A DNA stretch of 63,722 nucleotides, counting the filler, from Craspedostauros australis (lineage: Eukaryota), in NCBI GenBank assembly GCA_030167865.1. It is 23 parts of 23 records of this genome, joined end to end, with 100 filler letters (N's around TTAATTAATTAA, not from the genome) between each part and the next. Parts side by side here need not be neighbours in the genome. Positions count along the whole stretch, not along the records: positions 24,764 to 35,636 come from JALAGF010001793.1; positions 35,737 to 38,721 come from JALAGF010001794.1; 21 more parts are not named here. One strand, given 5' to 3'. The notes below the pieces were generated by a model. That model was not told the DNA's origin, did no database searches, and worked only from the letters and a program-made list of their open reading frames with translations. A program made the position numbers and the translations under genes. Position 1 is the stretch's first letter; each line of letters opens with the position of its first letter. This document shows, piece by piece, positions 26,026-38,821 of the stretch.

Positions 26026-27354
26026 ATGGACTACAGCACACCCGAGCACGCCGCGTTGCAGGTGACAGCCAGCACCAGCGGATTCGTCTCGCTCTGCGGA
26101 TCCGCCATCATCCTTAGGCTCATCATCTGCGACTGGAACGGCAAATTCGGCCAGATCAAGTACCGATTCCTCTTCGCGCTCAGCGCTGGCGATATCGTCA
26201 GCTCCTTGGTGTACATGGCATGGAATCTGCCGGCGCCGTCCGACACTCCCAACCTGTGGGGCGCCATGGGCAATGACACCACTTGCGGCATCCAAGGCTT
26301 CCTCTACCAGGGCTGCCTCATCAGCATGTTCTACAACGGCGCGCTGGCTCATTTCTTCTACAAGTCTGTGTGCCAAGGCTACAACGACGAGTCGTACTAC
26401 AACGATGGGTGGGAGCACTTCTGGCATATCCTTGCGACAGGGTTCCCGTGTATCTCTGGTCTGGTGAGCGTCGCGTTGGGGACGATGAATTTCGGCAGCA
26501 ACGGTTGTTGGTTTGCTCCGTCACCGCCCAATTGTTTAACGGAGGAGGATGTGGAATGCGAAAGAGGCGAGAGCGCATTCATCCTTGGCTGGGCCTTCGT
26601 CGGTGTGCCATGCATCGTCCTCGTGTCCCTCATCACATTCTTCATGTGGAAGATCAACAAAGAGGTTACAGCTGTCGTCAAAGTGGCTCATGAACAGCAG
26701 CAACAGGAACGGCAAAAACGAATCAAGGCAAAGGCCGCCAAAGATGCCTCCATGCAGCAGCGATTGACCAGCGGGCGACGAATGGGGATGGATGGATCCG
26801 TCGTGATGCCCAAAGCCGTGGCAACGAAGAGCGGGCGGACGACTGCGGAAAGGCAAACTCCAGCCGATCAATCCACAACCAGCGGCGTCGTCGATCGTGT
26901 CCAGGAAGTTGCCACGCAGGCCTACTGGTACGTCGGCATTTTCATGCTGACGCACGCCCCCGGGTTCATCCCATTCAACCTTTACATGCTGGGAATCAAG
27001 GTGCCATTCGTGGTGACGTTGATGTACGTCTTCCTGTGGCCGCTGCAGGGATTCGGTAACGTCCTCGTCTTCTTGCGACCTCGCGTCACGCTGCTGCGAC
27101 GCAAGTACCCACACTTGACATACGCACGCGCTGTCGTGTCCGCGATATTCAACTACGAAGCCTTGGTGGCGACAACATTCTCCGAGAACCCGCGATCGTC
27201 GTCTCAGGAATCGCGACATGCATCAAATGAGGACTCACGAGCATCCAAAACCCGATCGAAACGAAGCAAGTCGCAAAAGGCGCTGAATTCGAGAACGGCA
27301 AGCCGAGATAGCGATAGTTTGAATGAGAGTGACAGCAGCACAGATCATGTATGA
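26026..27354 (+). CDS. 7-transmembrane GPCR-like protein (cAMP-receptor/Git3-like family common in diatoms)
   Basis: Seven hydrophobic helices; YRFLFALSAGD, AMGNDTTCGIQGF, GCWFAPSPPNC, VATQAYWYV and LWPLQGFGNVLVFLRPR motifs; Ser-rich tail. Confidence 0.85.
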   Translation: MDYSTPEHAALQVTASTSGFVSLCGSAIILRLIICDWNGKFGQIKYRFLFALSAGDIVSSLVYMAWNLPAPSDTPNLWGAMGNDTTCGIQGFLYQGCLISMFYNGALAHFFYKSVCQGYNDESYYNDGWEHFWHILATGFPCISGLVSVALGTMNFGSNGCWFAPSPPNCLTEEDVECERGESAFILGWAFVGVPCIVLVSLITFFMWKINKEVTAVVKVAHEQQQQERQKRIKAKAAKDASMQQRLTSGRRMGMDGSVVMPKAVATKSGRTTAERQTPADQSTTSGVVDRVQEVATQAYWYVGIFMLTHAPGFIPFNLYMLGIKVPFVVTLMYVFLWPLQGFGNVLVFLRPRVTLLRRKYPHLTYARAVVSAIFNYEALVATTFSENPRSSSQESRHASNEDSRASKTRSKRSKSQKALNSRTASRDSDSLNESDSSTDHV

Positions 27355-29334
27355 TGTGGAGGAGGATGCACAAGATCACGGCGAGAGCTGCGCTGAAAGT
27401 GCTCCACAGCATAGCGGAAGACGCTGGCAGTCCCCCCAGTTGAAGTATTGTTGATGCTACGATCCATGTAATGCTTTAGAGAGAATCATCGTTTAGAAAT
27501 CCGCTGAGAGTGGTGGACGACCCCCCTCCGCAACAACAGCTGCAAACGCTCACTAATGAATGGAGTACCATACATGGTACCCCGCTCATCCATCGCACAG
27601 AGTTGGAACAGCTCGGCGGGAGTACTTGAACAAAAAATGCAACACTACTCTCAGATAGTTGTAACGAGCCAGGCTGCAGCGACGGGGTCTCGCTGAAGCC
27701 ATTTTCGCTGTATCTTACATCCTCGTACTCGCACCCCGGATGGACCTATGAGACTTCTTCGTTCCGATTCATGTCATCAGTCAGCTGCTTGCAACTTTCC
27801 ATAGCCAACGGAACAACTTGTCAAGATCTCTTGAATAGTATGTCGCCAACAAGTGTAATGAGCAGTGGTGCTCGCGATGGCCCAACGCAAAATCATATGC
27901 TTTCAACACAAGGCCTGCGGCACGGCCAAATCCACAAACGACAAAACAAAGCCACATGGAGGATAAGTGTTGCTGATCAAAGCGGATGATCCTTGTCGTC
28001 ACCCTTCACCACATTCCTTTCAGTGTTCACAGGGAACAACAGCCAATCAGCCTCAAAGAAACGGGTGAAGAACACAGTCGTTCCATCACCTTTGTCGCTG
28101 GTGGTGATCGTCCACTCCGGCCAGACGTGCAGGCGCGAAGTTTGTCGCGTACCCACAAAACGCATCTCTTGGAGGGAAAACCTTGGAAATCTCCGCAGAA
28201 TCGAAGGACATCAACAACCGACACATACACGTTCTCATCGTGGACACACTCAGCGAGTGTTCACTAGATGTCCAATGTTTGTGAAGCATAGTAACAACAC
28301 GGAGTTCCGCAACACTTTCGAACATTGGGGCGCCGCAATCTTTGTCAACTTCGCACATCATGTTGTCGACAGTTGCTAAACAGTATTCTATTATACACGG
28401 AATTGGACTTGTTCGCGTACCCTCGGAGGTTGGACGTCATCGGCTCTCGTAGGAGGTGAAAAGCCGTGACGTTTCGCTTTGGTTGGGAAACGATCCTTGC
28501 CTGACATGCGTTTGTTTTTCTCTCGATCCCATCATGCTTCCTCCTTCACTCAACAATCGCTTCGCCCAATTGTCGGTTTTGCCGATAGCTCGTGTTCGAA
28601 GTCACTTTCTGCAAAGCAAACTTCCGAATACGACATGTGACGCAACTGCCGCTGGGTGACGTGGACGTGTCCATGATACGTTGCAGCACTTCTGCAAGCA
28701 GGATGTTCCGTTCGCGTTGGTCCTTGTGACTTGATATTTAATGGTTGTGGAAAATGGCTGAAAGCGTGTCACACAATATCGATGTCGTTGTTTGTGAAAG
28801 TAGTCATGCACAAGTGACCGAATTGTGTCACGATCCTTATTGGGGAATCCGCTGAGCAAAAGAAGGGAAGACTTCTCAGCGAAAGAGGGAAACGCTCGTC
28901 GAGAGCAAGTAAATCGGGCGTGGCGCCAGTCAGGAACAGACAAAGCAGAGAGACACAAAGGCAGAAAAGTGACCCTGAGGTTATCCAAGTGTAGCAAGCA
29001 AGTGCAGCCAGCACGCGAAGGAAGCAATCGACTTTCCATTTCTCATCATCGAGGTCGTTGTGGTTGGGTAACCCAAGGAGCCAAGAGCGCATCGGACTTC
29101 AGTTACATTCTCATAACATTGTCCAACCTACTCTCCCATCACACCCCTCTTCTCCATCCTTCACAGCTCTGGCAGCCCTTGCAGGAGATACATTTTGTAC
29201 GTATAATACACACGTGCATTCCTGCTTCTATTAGTAGAGTACTCTCAAGGTCGCGCAACTAACCCATCTGCCGCTCTCTCCGCAGGCCAAGGAGGTCAAT
29301 CAGCAGGAGCAGAAGAAGCAGAAGAAGCAATAGC

Positions 29335-32300
29335 ATGGACTCCAACAACATGGACTCCAACCACCAGGGTCAGCCTTGTCAGCAAGCACAGCAGCAAAGA
29401 CAGCAGATCACTACTATGAGCACTACTATGAGCACCACTATGAGCAATAATACGAATGATGACACCTTCACGGAACAGTCCCCGTCCTCGCATGATGCCT
29501 ACGCTCTCGCCATCATGGCTGTGGAAGAAGGCACGAGGCATCAACAACAGTCTCAGCAGCAGCAGCAACAACAACAAGTGGAGCTGGATAGATTGAGCAC
29601 GGCATCATCGGCCAGCTTCGCGCAAAGCAGTTCGAGGCAGCTCGAAGTGGACTCTCCGCAGCTTCAGCCGGAACAGGCACCACTTCGATCACCACTTCAG
29701 TCTGCCAATACTGCAGACATCAACAACAAACCAACCACCAGCACGTCTTCCACACCACAGGGCACAGTCGTGTGCTGCAACTCGGCCGCCAGTAGCGACG
29801 ATTCCGCGGCCGATCACAAGGCCTCCTCCGATTCCAGTCTCACTAAGCATCGCAAGTCCTCCTCCATGGAGATCCGTCGTCAACCCACACCGGCCTTGCT
29901 CATGCCCGTCCTCGAAACGAGCGGCACGGACGTCGATGACAGCGAGGACGATGACGGCAGCCATATGGTGCACAAGGGCGATGCTGATATTCACACCAAT
30001 CGCGAACTTATTCTGCCTCGCACGAGTTATGATGACGACGATGATAACCTCAACGACGACGATGAACATACTGCCGGCACGTTGTGCGGCATGCGATGCA
30101 TCCAATGGCTGTGTCTAAGACCCAGAGTCACGTTGCAGGCCCAGCTCATGCTGTCCTTCGGCTCCGTCCACACCATCGCCACGCTCTTCGTCATGCTCAC
30201 GTGCATCCTCATGGTCTACATCATCGGTCAGGACGTCAAGGACATCAACACGAACACCTTCCACGATCTCAACAACAGGATTCAAGGACGCACGGCGCGC
30301 TACCTCGCGGAGTCCCTGCAGGAACACATCTATCCCAAGGATATCGTGGAGATTCTCTATCATGCCACGTTGGATCGATTCGAAGGTTACAACGCGGCGG
30401 AGCTCGACGAAGGCACGGCCACGGATGCCTACGTTCCCTTCTGGGATATGAATGCAAAAACCAATCGGTATCCCATCCAGACGCCGCCTCTGCCGTTGGA
30501 TTGGGATTTCACCGACGTCGTCTTGGCGACAGAAGACAACCGCGACGACTATTTGCAGGAGCGGTTGGACAGGTACAGCTCCTCACGCAACGCGGCCTCG
30601 CAATTCGATATCAAACCGATCGTCAGCACGTCCACGGCCTCCTTCTTCATAACGGGCACCTGCGATCCCGACGAAACAAATCCCAACATGCGCACCTACA
30701 TGCCCAACTGCACAGCCGCCAACAACGACATTACCACCGGCGGCGTCATGCTTCCGACACCCTACACGCAGCACATCCACCGCAAGGGCAAGGACATCAT
30801 CCCCCTCATGAAGGCCATGTTCGAATTCAACCGCAACGTGCGCGACATCGGTCTCTACTTCGCCAGCCAAGGCGCGGGCGCCACGATCAACTATCCCAAG
30901 TACGCCATCAACGCGCGCGCCAATTTCACCTCCATCGGTTGCGAATGGCTCAGCGCTCCTAATCCATACGACTCATCGCGCACCATCGGTCACGGCATGA
31001 AGCTCGATCAATTTTGTAACGACAAAGGCACGCAGCTGCAATCGCGCGCTCATTACAATCCCGTCGAACGTGGTTGGTTCCGTGATATGGCCCTCAATCC
31101 GGAACAGGTCGTCGTCGACGGGCCCTACCTCGACGCGTGGATTCCCAATTCGTGGCTCCTCTCGTTGGGACGCGCCATCTACGATCGACGCACCAACGAC
31201 TTCATCGGATGCACCTTCGTCAGTATCGCGATCGAGTTCCTCGAGGATATCCTCAAGGCGGCGCGACTCACGGACAATTCAGAAGTCTCCGTGTTGCGAT
31301 GGGATGCGATGGGCACCGTCGTGGCGTCGTCGGCCCTCAGCATCGCCAACACGGGCAGCAGCGTCACGGCGTCGCAGATCAATATCGGTGTGACGACGGA
31401 ATTCTACGAGGAACTTTACAATCTCATTCCGAAAGATGGTCAGACGTGGGATCCGGTAACGATGCAGGAACGGTTCGAGAACACCATCTTGGATACGGAC
31501 GACTTCAGCGTCTCGGGATATCCCATCCCGCCCATCCCGGATGAGTACGATCCGAAGTACGTTCCGGCGTATTTGGCCATCGTCTCCAATGCCAAGGAAG
31601 ATGTATTGGAACCCGTCGAGAACCTCAACGAAAGCGTCGACGACAACCTGGATCATGTCATCAAGATCGCGGTCGGCGCTGGTGTTGCCAGTCTCTGTCT
31701 AGCGGCAATTATCATCCTCCTGGTGGCGCACATCATCACGGCGCCGTTGCAGGACATGAACACGACGGCCGACAACATCGTCAACAGCTTTGGCGAAGAA
31801 CGCGATCATGACGAACCAGCCACAACATCGGGAACCACCTACACCATCGGCGGTGCCGCACAATCCGGCGACGCATCCACCACGGCATCCACCGCAAATG
31901 GAAAATCGATTTTCCAGCAGGTTCAGCCCAAAACGACGAGCGCGCGGCTGCTGTGCACGCCGACGACCGAAATCGAACTGGTCGTCAAGGAATTCAATAA
32001 GATGGTGTGCAACTTCAGCGGGTCGCTGATGGCCCAATCCGATAAGAACAAGCTCGTCGAAACCCCGAACCGCTTCTTTCTGCGCGAACAATTCGTCGGT
32101 CTGTACAATCGCAAGAACAACAACAACAGTAACAGCAGTCTCGACGATATCGCAGCAGGTTACCAACAGGAGCAAGCGGAAGTCAAATACGAATTTCTGC
32201 ATCCTGGTCCCAACACCATCAGCGAGGAGAACGACAACAACATCCCGCAAAGCTCCTCCAAGTCCACAAGCACCCTCGTGTCCTCCAGCGCCGCAAGGAT

Positions 32301-35300
32301 ATCCCTGGAGCATCGACGACGTCCGTTGAGATCGCCGCTGTTCCTTTGGGTGGTGATACTGATCATCACCCCGTTGTTGGTGACGACTGTCACGCTTTCC
32401 GTCGTCGTCGTTTGGATCGCGTCCGATGAATTTCAAGAAAGCATCGACGATGCGCGAGATAGCTTCCTGCGCGTCAAACTGGACGTGCTGCGCATCAACA
32501 CGCGGTTGCGGGCAGACTACGTCGCGACGCAGACCAGCCGATCGATCCACGATGCCTACATTCTGAGACGGTACGCCAGCTGGTTGCTCTTTGGTGGTTT
32601 GAAGCTCGCGGCCGAGGATGCCTTCCAGGAGATATCGTCGACGATCTCGCAGTGCAGCGTCTATGGCTCCCCTTTCGAATGCCCGTGGGCGAAGGAGAAC
32701 TTTGTCTGTGACTGCGCGTGGCATGAGGGTTACCCGGGCTGCCAGGATTACGCAGTGTCTCAACGCCGCAAGCAACTACCGTACTACTTCGTCGAAAAAG
32801 ACAGAAACGGCAAGGATGGAGAACGCCAGGCCACGACTTTTCCGAACGTCGGAGTGACGCCAGCGAGCACCTCGTGGTACGAAAACATTCAAGATGTGCC
32901 CAACGAAACATTGCTGGATGTGGACGATCCGTACGCAGCGTTCAACATGCACAGCACGATGTACGATCGGCTGCGGGCCATTTCCGCAATTCCGATTTTC
33001 GCAGCGCTCCAAAATTACGATCCCACCAATGAGAATGGCATTGGGCGTTTCGTCGGATTCGAAGCAGATGGGTTGGGAATTGCTGACCAGGGTTGCGACA
33101 ATCATATGCAGGGCATTGCAGCGTACTGGGAGTCAACGGAGGAAAATCAAGGAAACGTGTACCGACCCGATCTTTGTCCAATTGGAAAGCATGGGATTGA
33201 CGTAAGGTGAGTGCGCGCCTGTGTCTTGTGCCTATGTATTGTGTGTGCAACAGATTGGCTGTTGCTTCTGCTGAGACTTCATGCATGGCGCTCTTCCCCT
33301 GCACCTTGCTGTGGCTTTCTGCATCATTGAATAAAGACATGCATTTGCCCATTTCGTCGCACATCCATCAATTGATTCACCCATCCAATCCATTGCCTCT
33401 CCCATCACATGCTCATTCATTCGCATGACACCGTAAAAACTATGCTCTGCTCGATTTCCGCTCGCAGATGTCGAGTATGGTATCACACTGGAAAGATGCT
33501 GGCAAACCCCCCACCGGGTGTAGAGCCGACGCCATTTCATCTGACAGCGCCATACGAGTTCGTCGATGGCAACACAGCCCAAAGCGCGACATTCTCCTTG
33601 GTGAACCCAAACACCGAAGAATATGTCGGCCAAGTGCTCCTCGATTTCACCACGGACAATATTTTTGACATCATGAACGAACATCGGACGCCGCTGTTGA
33701 AGAATGGAGTCCGTGCGCTGCTGACGCCTGGCACCAACTCGTCAGCTCCGCAGATTGTGCTCGGGTCGTCCTCTCAAAACAGCGATGACACCCAAGTCGA
33801 ATTCGACTTGTTCTCAGGATCCCACTACGCATGCGACACCTCCACGCCAAAATGCCAAAAGCAAGCGCGGGATGCGACGAAAATCTCGAATGACATGAAC
33901 ACTGGCAAGGCATCGATCGCCCGAATTGGTTTGTTTGTGGACGTTGATACAGTGGTGGATTCATACATTGCATACGAACCGGTATATGTCAACTCCATCA
34001 AGTTTGTCAACGCATCCGATTTCACCAGCGGGATCAACGTCAATTCAAAGCACATCATTTACTCGTTGGCGCTGGGTCAATCGATCGAAGAGATATTGCA
34101 ACCATTCGAGACTGCCGAAGATGAACTGCGGAGGGAGACGACGATCGGCATCGTGATTGTGTGCATCGCTATCGCCATATCCATCGTCGCCACCATCTAC
34201 ACCTCCTATGTTGTCACCCAGTCGATCACGGAACCCATGCTGTACCTGCTGGATCTGATCCGTTGTCTGAACAAGAATGACACGAGCCACGACCCTCCCA
34301 CCGTCGACCAGAACAAGGGCTCGAAAGAGATCATCAACGTCTCGAACACCATGGACACGCTGTACCGCGTGATCAAGCTGGCGAATGAAGCGTTCTACGC
34401 GGGAGAGTTGGGTACGGCGTATCACGTGCTGGTAGATTCGCTGGGCGTCTTCCGGGGCCTGAATAACAAGAAGGCCATCGGCGTGGTGTGCAACAACCTG
34501 GGCAACACGTTGCTCGCGATCTACCGCGAGATGCAGCAGAGCGGTGTGGACGTGATGTACGGCATCACGAAGAAGCAGCTGATCAAGAGAGGCACTTCGT
34601 ACTACCACGATGCCATCCGCGTGGGTGAAGACCTGTACGACGAATTCTACGCCGCGGAAGGCTGGACGCCGAACTGCCTTGACTTCATGCAGCATCTGTC
34701 GAACCGTTACTTCAACCGCGGCATGTTCCTGCTGACGATCAAGGATGACCATGATCAGCCGGATAAGATCATGGAGCTGGGTAACCGCGACTTGCAGATC
34801 TCCCGCGACATGGACGTGGAGATCGTCGACCAAGGCATCGAGACGGGATGGGGCAGTCTGAAGCGCGAGGAGAAGCTGTTCAATGTGTACTTGGTGCGCA
34901 TCCGCGGGTACCTGCTTCTGCTGGAGATGGGATTCCCCGACGACGGGCAGGCCATGGAGCACCTGAAGGAGATTCAGGAACTGTACGAGTCCGAGAAACG
35001 CAAGCTGCTGCAACCACGAGGCACGTCGGAGCTGTTCGCCGAGGTGGGATCCACGGGGCGGCTGCAGCAGGTGGAGGCGGAGCATGCCAAGTACTTCCTG
35101 ATCAAGGGCGAGCTGGAGAAGTCCGCCTCGATCGCCATCCGCATGCTGTTCGAGGACGAATTCATCTTCGTGGACGCGCAGCTGCAGGTGATGAAGACGC
35201 TGCAGCTGTACACGGAGCAGACGACCGCGCTGGGCGGCGAATACGCTAGAATCCGGCTGGGCCGCAAGCTGGAGGAGCTGAACGAGGCGCTGTGCTACGA

Positions 35301-35622
35301 GATTCAGTCGGAGCGCGTGTTGCAATCCAGCGACAGCATGACGATCCTGTCGTCGTTGGAGCACAATCAGGTCGCAGGGATGATGGGGACGAGCGGTGCG
35401 CGGCTCTCGTCGGGCGATCATTCGCTGAGGAGCCTGCAGGATTATCGCAAGTACGATGCACGCAACAGCCAAGGCAACAGCACGCACAGCACCGTCGGTT
35501 TGAACGCGTCGCTTCATGGTGGTGTGGATGGTGGTGGTGGTATTAGCAACAGCACCAAATCCAACAAGCGATGGTCGATCTCGGAGCGGTCCGGTCAATT
35601 TGTGACGATGGAGCGGTTCTGA
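29335..35622 (+). CDS. ~2008-aa membrane sensor: 2 x (TM-dCache-TM-HAMP-like) + TPR-like C-terminus; intron 33207-33467
   Basis: AG|GTGAGT donor and CGCAG|A acceptor join the 1291-aa and 737-aa ORFs to give GIDVRCRVWY. Cache motifs YNPVERGWF..PYLD and DVRCRVWY..PYEF..LLDF; four TM helices; HAMP-like ITAPLQDM and ITEPMLYL; TPR-like AIGVVCNNLGNTL. Confidence 0.8.
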
Positions 35623-37367
35623 GAAGCTCTGGACTANNNNNNNNNNNNNNNNNNNNNNNNNNNNNNNNNNNNNNNNNNNNTTAATTAATTAANNNNNNNN
35701 NNNNNNNNNNNNNNNNNNNNNNNNNNNNNNNNNNNNATTCGTCCTGTGGTACACGAATACCACACGACTCATTCGAATACTACCAAGATGAGTGTAGTTG
35801 GAGCGTTCGATGTGTTATTAGTCATCGGATCTTCGCCTCCTGCTCTGACTTGGAGACAGATGTCAACGTGGTGACATGTTGACATCCTGTTGACGTCAGT
35901 AAGCGTCCTTCTGCTCTCCAGATGTCACATTCCATTGGTGATGCAGGAGTCTGTCAGATGATATCGTCATCTGAGGTTTAGTTGGGAAGTACCTCGAGAT
36001 TCTCTTGGTACCATTGATGGATGGACGGACGATCTTCCAATTCTCTCAGAAATCGTCGATTGCAAATTTCCTCCAGAAATCTTGCTTATTTTCATGTGTT
36101 CCATTTCCGCTGTAATTCTGACGAATCACAGCATTCTATAGACACGAATGTAGTTATACCGTCCAAGTGCGTATGAGAGAATAACGGGTGAACGATGCAC
36201 ATATACACGTACATCTTGACGTATACTCACATGTACATCTCGACAAAAAGACGGACACTCTTAGTTGGATTTTTGTGTGCTTGTGGGACACGATCCAGAA
36301 GGGAAGACCTTGCTGACTGCCAGACTTGGTGAATCTGTTGATGCAGTTAGTGAGGATAAACCATCTGGGTGATAGTTGTTGGTGACAATGAGTAGATTAG
36401 TGCTGTTGTGCTGATCTTGAGTTGTGCTACTTGTTATTTTGAATAGTCTGCATTGTGAGTTGATCAGTTTGAGATGTAGGATGAAGAAACGATGTTCAGT
36501 TGGATGGTGTGGCTCTGCACTGACCCTCAGAGGTTCAGTGCTGAGAACGGACAAGGCTTCTCTCTCTCTCTCTCTCTCTCTCATTCTCCACCATCTGTAG
36601 TAGTCGTTCTATGCTCAAGTACAAGGCCTTGACATCTCGATTGAGGTTGTAATTGAGAACATAGGTAGTCAAGCAAGAGGAATTGCAGTTGGATTCCCTG
36701 TTCGTGTTGAAGCAAGTCGGATCTCCTTGTTGCTGTCATGTGGAGTTGTTAGTTGACATAGCTGGCAATGGAATCGAGATGAGCTGTGACACAAGGATTC
36801 AGAGGAGCATATAGTTCCCGGAGTACATTGAGTTCCGTGAACCAAGTGAGTTTTGAGTCCGCAATGATTCATGAATGAAAGTGGGAGAAGGAGGGAAAAG
36901 AGGGATTGTTCCGTATTCGTAGGCGGAGGGTTTCGCGTCATAATTGGCGCGCAAAAACAAATTCATTGTTCGACATGGGACACACTAAGTGGAAAGTAGT
37001 CTGTTCTTTAGATGAACTTCAACTGTGTCCATGAGACGTCGTATGGACATCTGGACGCTTTGTGCCACCAAGTGTTGCAAGAACAGGTTGGTTGGTGGAC
37101 ATCGGCACTTCAAAAGGGCTGGTTCGTCAATTTCCTCAACAAAAAAGAAAGGAACTTGTAACCAGCGAACCTTCCGTTGATCCGGGCGCGACGCAGAGAT
37201 GACTGGCCTCGCATGAGAAACAGCGGCGAAAAGTCGAGTCCAAAGACATCATCCCAATTGATCAGCGATTTGATTGATTGACTCATTGATTCATTGATTC
37301 TAATAGCTTCATTGATTCAGCGACAGATCGACTGATAGACTGATGAACTCATTGACTGATAACAAAC

Positions 37368-38129
37368 ATGAAAACCGTATCAGCCGCATCATCCGCATCA
37401 TCCGAACCAGCCGCATCATCTGGCAAGTACAAGATATTTGGACCAGCTCTCTTGCGAACATTCCGATGTTTGTGGATACTGGAAGAAGTGGGTGCTGACT
37501 ACGAGCATTTCGCAGTCCTTCCACACTCAGAGGAACTCAAGAAGGCGACCGGGATCCGCAAGGTGCCCGTGCTGATCACGCCGAACGGGTTCACTGTGAG
37601 CGAAAGCTCCGCCATCAACACGTACCTGTGCGACACGTTCTGCAACGAGCATCCGACGCTGGTCCCTCGTGCTGGCAGCCATGAGCGCGCGAGGTACGAT
37701 CAGACCATCTCCGTGCTGACATCAGACCTGGATGCACAAGGCATTTGGATTCAATCGAAATACGAGACAATGAGAGAAATATACGGCTACATCCCCGAAG
37801 CGGTGAAGCAGGCGAGGAAGCACTTCAACAAAACCAATCGCTCGTTGATCAAGCAGCTGCAACAGGAAGGTCCTTACCTGATGGGAAAGCATTTCACGCC
37901 CGCAGATCCGATATACGTGCACATGCTGGAAATCAGCCGAGCGATCGGTTGGGATGACAAGTGGAAAGATGTGGAGTGCATGCGCAACTACATGGCGCTT
38001 TGCACGCAACGGCCTGCATACAAAAAGGTGCATGCCGTGAGAGTCAAAGAAATGCAAGGCACATCCCCGTACGAAGCAGTACGACGAAACGTGCGATCGG
38101 CAAAAACCAAGCAACGCAGCAAGCTCTAA
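37368..38129 (+). CDS. Glutathione S-transferase family protein
   Basis: RTFRCLWILEEVG, KVPVL (cis-Pro), SESSAINTYL, and the YLMGKHFTPAD N-capping motif. Confidence 0.92.
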   Translation: MKTVSAASSASSEPAASSGKYKIFGPALLRTFRCLWILEEVGADYEHFAVLPHSEELKKATGIRKVPVLITPNGFTVSESSAINTYLCDTFCNEHPTLVPRAGSHERARYDQTISVLTSDLDAQGIWIQSKYETMREIYGYIPEAVKQARKHFNKTNRSLIKQLQQEGPYLMGKHFTPADPIYVHMLEISRAIGWDDKWKDVECMRNYMALCTQRPAYKKVHAVRVKEMQGTSPYEAVRRNVRSAKTKQRSKL

Positions 38130-38821
38130 TAATAATCGATCTCCTATGGTACATTCAAAGACTGGATTATTGTGTTCTACATACCTCAAGCATAGAGACA
38201 TCATCAAATCCTTGCGTTTGCACATTACCAGTGCGTATGGCACGATCATACCATTTCTACAGGTAAATAAATATATAACCCACTGATTAGCTGTTCCATA
38301 CCCACGGCTGCGTCGTTGATGCTTTTCTCCGCCTCCTTTCAACTTCGCATGGCACGCGAAGGGGGAACGGACTCGGGTCGATTGTGTTCCTTATGTTGAT
38401 GTTGGTGCCGGTGTCGGTTTGCCCTGTGCTATCCTGAAGCCGTTGGGTGTACCCACCTTCTTCCACTTGTACAAGGGCCCGCTAGCAACAGGCTCCTGTA
38501 GGATTGCGGCGGTTTGCTCCATCCACATCGCCAGGCCCGACGCTGGGGCTTGCCTGCCTGGGTATGCGGATTTGGCATGGCCTAGAGCTGCGTCATTGTT
38601 GCTCAACTGATCGAGGATGGTCTGCACGCATTCCTGCATTGCTTGAAGCATGGCTCCTTCCGCAGAGTCTTGACTGGTGTGCATATCATCATTGCATGAG
38701 AACCATTGGTCCCATGTGATGNNNNNNNNNNNNNNNNNNNNNNNNNNNNNNNNNNNNNNNNNNNNTTAATTAATTAANNNNNNNNNNNNNNNNNNNNNNN
38801 NNNNNNNNNNNNNNNNNNNNN

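Noticed and set aside
34045..35598. 517-aa antisense ORF (also 31699-32775 and 5971-7011)
   Set aside because: Shadow frames of GC3-rich coding sequence, with no recognisable motifs.
35737..36640. Possible LTR remnant
   Set aside because: TE-like non-coding composition, but no paired repeat, PBS or PPT could be fixed.
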